From a virus, in the IMG/VR virus record IMGVR_UViG_3300034071_001414, positions 34,518 to 98,517 of that record: DNA of 64,000 nucleotides; one strand, written 5' to 3'. Position numbers and translations under genes: made by a program. Numbering within the stretch: position 1 is the stretch's first letter; each line of letters opens with the position of its first letter. The notes under the pieces were generated by a model, which worked only from the letters and a program-made list of their open reading frames with translations, searched no databases and was not told where the DNA came from. Positions 58,275-64,000 of the stretch are shown here, in pieces.

Positions 58275-58708
58275 CTACTACGGTAGAACCTACTGTTGAA
58301 TGGTCTCAAGACCAAATGGTAGAAGTGATTCTTAATGAACCTGATGATTTTCTGAAAGTTCGTGAAACTTTGACTCGTATTGGAGTTGCATCGAGAAAGG
58401 AGAAAAAACTTTATCAATCGTGTCATATTTTGCATAAGCAGGGTAGATATTTCATAGTTCATTTTAAAGAACTGTTTGCCCTTGATGGTAAACATGCAAA
58501 TCTTACGGTAAACGATGTTCAAAGACGCAACCGTATTGTTCGTCTTCTTGCAGATTGGGGACTTATTACAGTTATCAAACCTGATAGTGTAAATGATATT
58601 GCACCATTAAATCAAATTAAAGTTCTTGCTTATAAGGACAAAGGTGATTGGATTTTAGAACAAAAATATAATATTGGTAAAAAAGGAAAAGTAGTAGAAA
58701 CCGAATAA
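58271..58708 (+). CDS. regA: Translational repressor RegA
   Basis: PDDFLKVRETLTRIG and LYQSCHILHKQGRYFIVHFKELF. Confidence 0.96.
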   Translation: MTTTVEPTVEWSQDQMVEVILNEPDDFLKVRETLTRIGVASRKEKKLYQSCHILHKQGRYFIVHFKELFALDGKHANLTVNDVQRRNRIVRLLADWGLITVIKPDSVNDIAPLNQIKVLAYKDKGDWILEQKYNIGKKGKVVETE

Positions 58709-58756
58709 ATAATTTTGTGCCATTCGTGCGGCACTCTACAAAAGTCGGAACACCCT

Positions 58757-58792
58757 AAAGAGAAGTACGGTTTTTACCTTGCTTCTCTTTTT
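58757..58792 (+). terminator. Intrinsic terminator after regA
   Basis: AAAGAGAAG...GGT-TTTT-ACC...CTTCTCTTT followed by Ts. Confidence 0.75.
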
Positions 58793-58801
58793 GTTTTATG
58801 G

Positions 58802-58866
58802 TTAAATACTATTGGATGCCGTAAGGGTCCACAAAATACAAACTCGCTTTTAAAGGAGCTACTATA
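58802..58866 (+). promoter_or_regulatory. hsp20 leader: late-type promoter, GNRA hairpin and SD-masking ROSE-like hairpin
   Basis: TTAAATA; GGATGCC-GTAA-GGGTCC; CTCGCTT-TTA-AAGGAG. Confidence 0.55.
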
Positions 58867-59301
58867 ATGACTAATCTGATGAAATATCAGGCTGCGGATC
58901 TTCCTGCCTTGCTAGAAAGAATCAACCGCAATACAATTGGACTGGATGAATATTTTGATCGCATCTTTAGTCTTCATGAAACGACTTCTAACTATCCACC
59001 ATACAATCTGGTTCAAGTTAGTAATGTAGAGTCACGTTTAGAACTCGCACTTGCTGGGTTTAAAAAGGGAGAAGTCTATGTCTATACTCAAGACGGCAAA
59101 CTCTTTATTGAAGGTCAAAAAGAAGATAAAGAAGTGGAAAGCACTTATCTTCACAAGGGTTTGGCTCAACGGAGTTTTACACGTTCTTGGACACTCTCTG
59201 ATGACACGGAAGTTAGATCCGTCGATTTTGAGAATGGTCTTTTGACTGTTACTCTTGGTAGAATTGTTCCTGATCACCATAAGAGAAAAGACTATCTCTA
59301 A
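58867..59301 (+). CDS. hsp20: Small heat-shock protein Hsp20
   Basis: NYPPYN, LELALAGF, YLHKGLAQRSFTRSWTL, FENGLL (alpha-crystallin domain). Confidence 0.95.
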   Translation: MTNLMKYQAADLPALLERINRNTIGLDEYFDRIFSLHETTSNYPPYNLVQVSNVESRLELALAGFKKGEVYVYTQDGKLFIEGQKEDKEVESTYLHKGLAQRSFTRSWTLSDDTEVRSVDFENGLLTVTLGRIVPDHHKRKDYL

Positions 59302-59324
59302 ATAAATAAAAAAACTTACGATTA

Positions 59325-59483
59325 ATGAAAACCTTCCAAGAGTTTATTTCTCTTATAAAAGAAATGAAAGGTGATTATGGTTCAGGAGTTAAACCACCAA
59401 AAGCAAAATGTGGATGGGGGGGAACGACGACGTATGCTATGCTTCCTGGAAAAAAAGTTTGTAAGTTTAAAAGAAAAAGATAA
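59325..59483 (+). CDS. Small basic protein (52 aa) with capsid-targeting-like N-terminus; not in the ORF track
   Basis: Own translation MKTFQEFISLIKEMKGDYGSGVKPPKAKCGWGGTTTYAMLPGKKVCKFKRKR; late promoter AATAAATA at 59301-59308. Confidence 0.7.
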   Translation: MKTFQEFISLIKEMKGDYGSGVKPPKAKCGWGGTTTYAMLPGKKVCKFKRKR

Positions 59484-59506
59484 ATAGAATTGAATATCGT
59501 CGTCGC

Positions 59507-59548
59507 GAGGAGCACCTGGCAAAATTCAGGTTGACTCCTCTTTTTTTT
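59507..59548 (+). terminator. Intrinsic terminator
   Basis: GAGGAG-CACCTG...CAGGTTG-A-CTCCTC followed by T8. Confidence 0.8.
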
Positions 59549-59559
59549 CTTGGTAAAAT
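59531..59559 (+). promoter_or_regulatory. sigma70-type promoter for the gp43 operon, overlapping the terminator
   Basis: TTGACT-17 nt-TAAAAT with extended TG. Confidence 0.7.
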
Positions 59560-59581
59560 ACATGGAGGTATGAAGTAAAAA

Positions 59582-59959
59582 ATGACTATTAAATTAATGC
59601 TTTTTAAATCTGGAGAAGATTTGATTGCTGATGTTGCAGAAATGGTTGTTGGTGAAGATGAAGAGACCAAAAGAACAGTTGGGTATTTTCTTACTAAACC
59701 TTGTATAGTAAAGATGAGAAATCCAACTCAAGTTGAAGGTAATGAGAATAAAAAAACTGGATTTGAAGTTTCTCTTTTTCCTTGGATTCCTCTTTCTGCC
59801 GATGAAAAAATTCCAGTTCCTGCTGATTGGTTGGTTACTATGGTAGAACCAACTGAAAAATTAAAAGAAATGTACATTCAAGATGTTTTAGACTATGGAA
59901 AAGAAAACAACAAAGATAGTAGCGTTGATGAACAATCTGATTCTAATCAGTCAGATTGA
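59582..59959 (+). CDS. Conserved hypothetical protein (Sm-like fold suspected)
   Basis: IKLMLFKSGEDLIADV...LFPWIPLS; SD GGAGG. Confidence 0.75.
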   Translation: MTIKLMLFKSGEDLIADVAEMVVGEDEETKRTVGYFLTKPCIVKMRNPTQVEGNENKKTGFEVSLFPWIPLSADEKIPVPADWLVTMVEPTEKLKEMYIQDVLDYGKENNKDSSVDEQSDSNQSD

Positions 59960-60176
59960 AGAGGTTGGTGCAGATATTGGAGAACCTGATTGTAAGTTAA
60001 TTAAACCATTTGTTTTGAAAGAACTCCAACTTGAAGGACTTTCTAGAACATTAGAACCATTTCTAATGGGAGTTACAAAGCAAGATACATTTATGATGAG
60101 TTCGGATAAGATTCTTACTCTTGCTGACCCGACTCCGACACTTCTTGAAAAATATGAGGATTTGATTAAGGAATGA
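59895..60176 (+). CDS. Conserved hypothetical protein upstream of gp43
   Basis: LISQIEEV.ADIGEPDCKLIKPF and SSDKILT; ATGA overlap with gp43. Confidence 0.7.
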   Translation: MEKKTTKIVALMNNLILISQIEEVGADIGEPDCKLIKPFVLKELQLEGLSRTLEPFLMGVTKQDTFMMSSDKILTLADPTPTLLEKYEDLIKE

Positions 60177-62668
60177 ATTTCTACACTAATGTTCAGTTGA
60201 TTGGAAATCAGTTTTTGGTTCGTGGAGTACAAAATGGTAAAAGATTTGAGACAAGAGATGAGTTTTTCCCAACTCTTTATGTAAAAACTAAAAAAGATTC
60301 TAAGTATAGAACATTGAGTGGTGAATTAGTTGAACCAATTAATCCTGGAACAGTTAAGGATTGTCGTGAGTTCTACAAGAAATATGATGAGATTGGTGGG
60401 TTTGAGATTTATGGAAATGATAGATATATCTATCAATATATTTCAGAAAAATATCCAGAAGATGAAATTAAGTTTGATATTAGCAAAATCAAACTTGTAA
60501 CTCTGGATATTGAGGTTGCCTCTGAAGCAGGTTTCCCAGATGTTGAATCTTGTTCTGAGGAAATTCTTGCAATTACTATTCAAGATTATACATCCAAGAA
60601 GATTGTTAGTTGGGGAGTTAAACCATTTAATAATACCCGCAGTGACGTAACTTATTACCATTGTCCCTCGGAATATGAACTTCTTAATCATTTTATTAAC
60701 TACTGGATGATTGATGTTCCCGATGTTGTGACTGGATGGAATATTCAGATGTATGATATTCCATATATCTGCAAGCGTCTGAATCGTGTTCTTGGTGAAA
60801 AACTGATGAAGCGTTTTTCCAACTGGGGACTTGTAACAGAAGGAGAAGTCTTTATCAATGGGCGTAAGCACACTACATTTGATGTTGGTGGACTGACTCA
60901 ACTTGACTATCTGGACCTCTATAAGAAATTTACTTATAAGGCACAGGAATCATATCGTTTGGATTATATTGCTGAAGTTGAACTTGGTCAGAAGAAACTG
61001 GATCACTCTGAATTTGATACCTTTAAGGACTTTTATACTAAAGGGTGGCAGAAGTTTATTGAATATAACATCGTTGACGTAGAACTTGTTGACCGCCTGG
61101 AAGACAAGATGAAATTGATTGAACTTGCTTTGACTATGGCATATGATGCTAAAGTCAACTATGCTGATGTATTCTATCAAGTTCGTATGTGGGATAACAT
61201 TATCTACAACTATCTCAAGAAGCGTGATATTGTTATTCCTCCCAGGAACAAGTCTCAAAAGAACGAAAAGTATGCTGGTGCTTATGTAAAAGAACCAAAA
61301 CCAGGTAAGTATGATTGGGTGGTGAACTTTGACTTGAACTCTCTGTATCCACACTTGATTATGCAATATAATATCTCTCCAGAAACTCTTATGGAAGAGA
61401 AGCACCCTACTGCGACTGTAGATAAGATTCTCAATCAATCTATTAGTTTTGAGATGTATAAGGATTATGCCGTCTGTGCGAATGGTGCGATGTTCCGTAA
61501 AGATGTTCGTGGATTTCTTCCTGAACTGATGGAAAAGATGTATCAGGACCGTGTAATCTTCAAGAAGAAGATGATTGAAGCAAAGAAGCAATATGAAAAG
61601 AAAAAGACAAAGGATTTAGAAAAGGAAATTGCTCGCTGTAATAATATTCAGATGGCAAAGAAGATTTCTCTTAACTCTGCTTATGGTGCGATTGGTAATC
61701 AGTATTTTCGTTATTATAAACTTGAAAACGCTGAAGCAATCACTCTGAGTGGTCAAGTCTCCATTCGTTGGATTGAGAGTAAGATGAACTCTTATCTAAA
61801 TAAACTTCTTAAAACTAACGATGTCGATTATGTTATTGCTTCTGACACCGATTCCATTTATCTTAATATGGGTCCTGTGGTTGAAACTGTATTCAAGGGA
61901 AGAGAGAAAACTACTGAAAGCATTGTCTCATTCCTTGATAAGGTCGCTAGTATGGAACTTGAAAAATATATTGAGAGTTCTTACCAAGAATTGGCCGACT
62001 ATGTGAATGCATATGACCAGAAGATGCAGATGAAGCGAGAGAATATTGCTGACCGTGGAATTTGGACTGCGAAGAAGCGTTATATTCTGAATGTCTGGGA
62101 TAGTGAAGGTGTTCGTTATGAAGAACCTAAACTCAAGATGATGGGTATTGAAGCAGTCAAATCTTCTACTCCAGCACCTTGTCGTAAGATGATTAAGGAT
62201 GCTCTTAAGTTGATGATGAGTGGAACAGAAGATGAGGTGATTGAGTTTATTGAGAATGCTCGTAAAAAGTTTAGGGAACTACCACCAGAACAAATTTCAT
62301 TCCCACGCTCTGTATCCGATGTAAACAAATACAAGTCTTCGGCAACTATATATGCAAAAGGAACACCAATTCACGTTCGTGGAGCGTTACTTTTTAATCA
62401 CTATATTAAACAGAATAAATTAACTAATAAGTACTCTCCTATTCAAAATGGTGAAAAAATTAAATTCATCTATCTCAAAAAACCCAATAATATTCATGAG
62501 AATATTATTTCATTTATTCAGGAGTTTCCAAAAGAACTTAACCTTGACAAATACATAGATTATGAACTACAATTTGAAAAAGCATTTCTAGAACCACTCA
62601 AAATTATTCTTGATTCTATTGGGTGGAATGTAGAAAAAACTGCAAACCTTGAATCATTTTTTGAATGA
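60173..62668 (+). CDS. gp43: DNA polymerase gp43 (family B)
   Basis: Exo DIE; pol motifs FDLNSLYPH, KISLNSAYG, SDTDS, KKRY. Confidence 0.98.
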   Translation: MNFYTNVQLIGNQFLVRGVQNGKRFETRDEFFPTLYVKTKKDSKYRTLSGELVEPINPGTVKDCREFYKKYDEIGGFEIYGNDRYIYQYISEKYPEDEIKFDISKIKLVTLDIEVASEAGFPDVESCSEEILAITIQDYTSKKIVSWGVKPFNNTRSDVTYYHCPSEYELLNHFINYWMIDVPDVVTGWNIQMYDIPYICKRLNRVLGEKLMKRFSNWGLVTEGEVFINGRKHTTFDVGGLTQLDYLDLYKKFTYKAQESYRLDYIAEVELGQKKLDHSEFDTFKDFYTKGWQKFIEYNIVDVELVDRLEDKMKLIELALTMAYDAKVNYADVFYQVRMWDNIIYNYLKKRDIVIPPRNKSQKNEKYAGAYVKEPKPGKYDWVVNFDLNSLYPHLIMQYNISPETLMEEKHPTATVDKILNQSISFEMYKDYAVCANGAMFRKDVRGFLPELMEKMYQDRVIFKKKMIEAKKQYEKKKTKDLEKEIARCNNIQMAKKISLNSAYGAIGNQYFRYYKLENAEAITLSGQVSIRWIESKMNSYLNKLLKTNDVDYVIASDTDSIYLNMGPVVETVFKGREKTTESIVSFLDKVASMELEKYIESSYQELADYVNAYDQKMQMKRENIADRGIWTAKKRYILNVWDSEGVRYEEPKLKMMGIEAVKSSTPAPCRKMIKDALKLMMSGTEDEVIEFIENARKKFRELPPEQISFPRSVSDVNKYKSSATIYAKGTPIHVRGALLFNHYIKQNKLTNKYSPIQNGEKIKFIYLKKPNNIHENIISFIQEFPKELNLDKYIDYELQFEKAFLEPLKIILDSIGWNVEKTANLESFFE
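62544..62573 (+). promoter_or_regulatory. Possible sigma70-type promoter inside the gp43 3' end
   Basis: TTGACA-18 nt-TACAAT. Confidence 0.4.
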
Positions 62669-63204
62669 CAAATAAAATTATTAGAATTTTTAATAGACTT
62701 ACTGCTTGGATGCGAAAAGATACTGATGTAATGGTCAGGAATGGTGATGGTTGGGGAGATGATGTCTTCTATCAAATTAAGATGGCAACACCTTCGCCCG
62801 AAGTAAAGACAACTGTTTACATCGATAAAAACACGAATATTATGAGTCCATATCCAGAGGTTTCTGGTTCCACAACTGTTGGTGGAATTAGTATGGATAT
62901 TGTTGCCGATATTGTTGATGGCATTAGTAACTGGGTAAATGATATGGACGTTTATGTTCGTATTCAAAGAGTTACGGATAAGGGAGATAATATTGGAAAA
63001 GCACTTCTTCTTTGCTTCATTAATCCTACCGTAGGATGCCCCTGGTTTTCCATTCAAAAAAGCAATGATAACTATTACCAAGAATATTCAGTTTATGAAA
63101 ATAATGGTGTTGGAGTACTAGACGCTTTTGATGATGGAACTTCTCTCAATATCAGTAGAGAAGGTGATACGGATGTAAAAAACTGGAAAATTGACATTGG
63201 TTGA
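62665..63204 (+). CDS. Hypothetical protein (179 aa) between gp43 and uvsX
   Basis: ATGA overlap with gp43; ends 1 nt before the uvsX ATG. Confidence 0.75.
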   Translation: MTNKIIRIFNRLTAWMRKDTDVMVRNGDGWGDDVFYQIKMATPSPEVKTTVYIDKNTNIMSPYPEVSGSTTVGGISMDIVADIVDGISNWVNDMDVYVRIQRVTDKGDNIGKALLLCFINPTVGCPWFSIQKSNDNYYQEYSVYENNGVGVLDAFDDGTSLNISREGDTDVKNWKIDIG

Positions 63205-63205
63205 T

Positions 63206-64000
63206 ATGGACTTTCTTAAAGATATTATAAAAGAAATTGGTGGTGAGTATACTCAACTTGCTTCCGACATTGATGAGACAGAGACTTATGTTGATGCGGG
63301 TTCATACATTTTTAATGCACTGGTTTCAGGTAGCATATTTGGTGGCGTATCTGGCAATAAGATTACTGCTATTGCTGGAGAGTCTTCTACTGGAAAAACT
63401 TTCTTCTCTCTCGCTGTGGTTAAGAATTTTCTTGATAATAACCCCGATGGTTATTGTCTCTACTTTGATACTGAAGCCGCTATTACTAAATCCCTATTAG
63501 AATCTCGTGGAATTGATACTTCTCGTCTTGTGGTTGTCAATGTTGTTACTGTTGAAGAGTTTCGTGGAACAGCACTCAAAGCAGTAGATATGTATATGAA
63601 AAAACCTGAGGGAGAACGTAATCCTTGTATGTTCGTGTTAGATTCTTTGGGAATGCTTTCTACAAGCAAAGAGATTAATGATGCTCTAAATGATAAAGAA
63701 GTTCGTGATATGACTAAATCCCAACTAATTAAGGGTGCATTCCGTATGCTCACTCTCAAGTTGGGTCAAGCAAATATTCCTATGATTGTTACTAATCACA
63801 CTTATGATGTTATCGGATCTTACGTACCAACTAAGGAAATGGGCGGAGGCAGCGGGCTCAAGTACGCAGCGTCTACGATCATTTATCTCAGCAAAAAGAA
63901 AGAAAAGGATGGAACAGAAGTGGTCGGCAATATTATCAAGGCTAAGACTGCTAAATCGCGTTTGAGTAAGGAGAACAAAGATGTTGAAGTCCGTTTGTAT
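63206..64000 (+). CDS. uvsX: RecA-like recombinase UvsX (3'-partial; not in the ORF track)
   Basis: Own translation [12 protein letters not shown]...[13 protein letters not shown]...YFDTE...VLDSLGML...VTNHTY...[12 protein letters not shown]; runs off the end of the window. Confidence 0.95.
   Translation, partial: MDFLKDIIKEIGGEYTQLASDIDETETYVDAGSYIFNALVSGSIFGGVSGNKITAIAGESSTGKTFFSLAVVKNFLDNNPDGYCLYFDTEAAITKSLLESRGIDTSRLVVVNVVTVEEFRGTALKAVDMYMKKPEGERNPCMFVLDSLGMLSTSKEINDALNDKEVRDMTKSQLIKGAFRMLTLKLGQANIPMIVTNHTYDVIGSYVPTKEMGGGSGLKYAASTIIYLSKKKEKDGTEVVGNIIKAKTAKSRLSKENKDVEVRLY

Noticed and set aside
60443-63081. Minus-strand ORFs of 152-213 aa opposite gp43 and the following ORF
   Set aside because: Antisense shadows with implausible composition
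63237-63759. ORF-track calls at the window end
   Set aside because: Out-of-frame or antisense to uvsX, which starts at 63206 and has no stop inside the window

Overview
This is a 64-kb segment of a T4-like myovirus genome, almost certainly a cyanophage (Kyanoviridae-type gene content and order). Nearly all genes are on the + strand. The first part is the virion morphogenesis block: gp6 (5'-partial), a giant gp7-like wedge protein, gp8, a VrlC-like protein, gp13-gp23 and gp3. It is followed by uvsY/uvsW, late sigma gp55, gp47/gp46, a CobT-like peptidase-VWA plus CobS/MoxR pair, gp45/gp44/gp62, a DenV-like glycosylase, dam, regA, hsp20, gp43 and a 3'-partial uvsX. Three free-standing homing-endonuclease genes are present (GIY-YIG-like, EndoVII/HNH, LAGLIDADG). 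Many late promoters (NATAAATA), several sigma70-type promoters and intrinsic terminators are visible. No tRNA, rRNA or CRISPR array was seen. The most interesting signals are: (i) a candidate capsid-cargo system of late-promoter ORFs with T4-like capsid-targeting N-termini or bead-on-string basic modules separated by putative gp21 protease sites; (ii) a ROSE-like RNA thermometer upstream of hsp20, flanked by two tiny promoter-to-terminator units; (iii) an NblA-like small ORF; (iv) hairpin-plus-late-promoter control of two unrelated homing endonucleases; (v) an overlapping bidirectional sigma70 promoter at gp55. All family calls come from motif recognition and synteny, not database searches.
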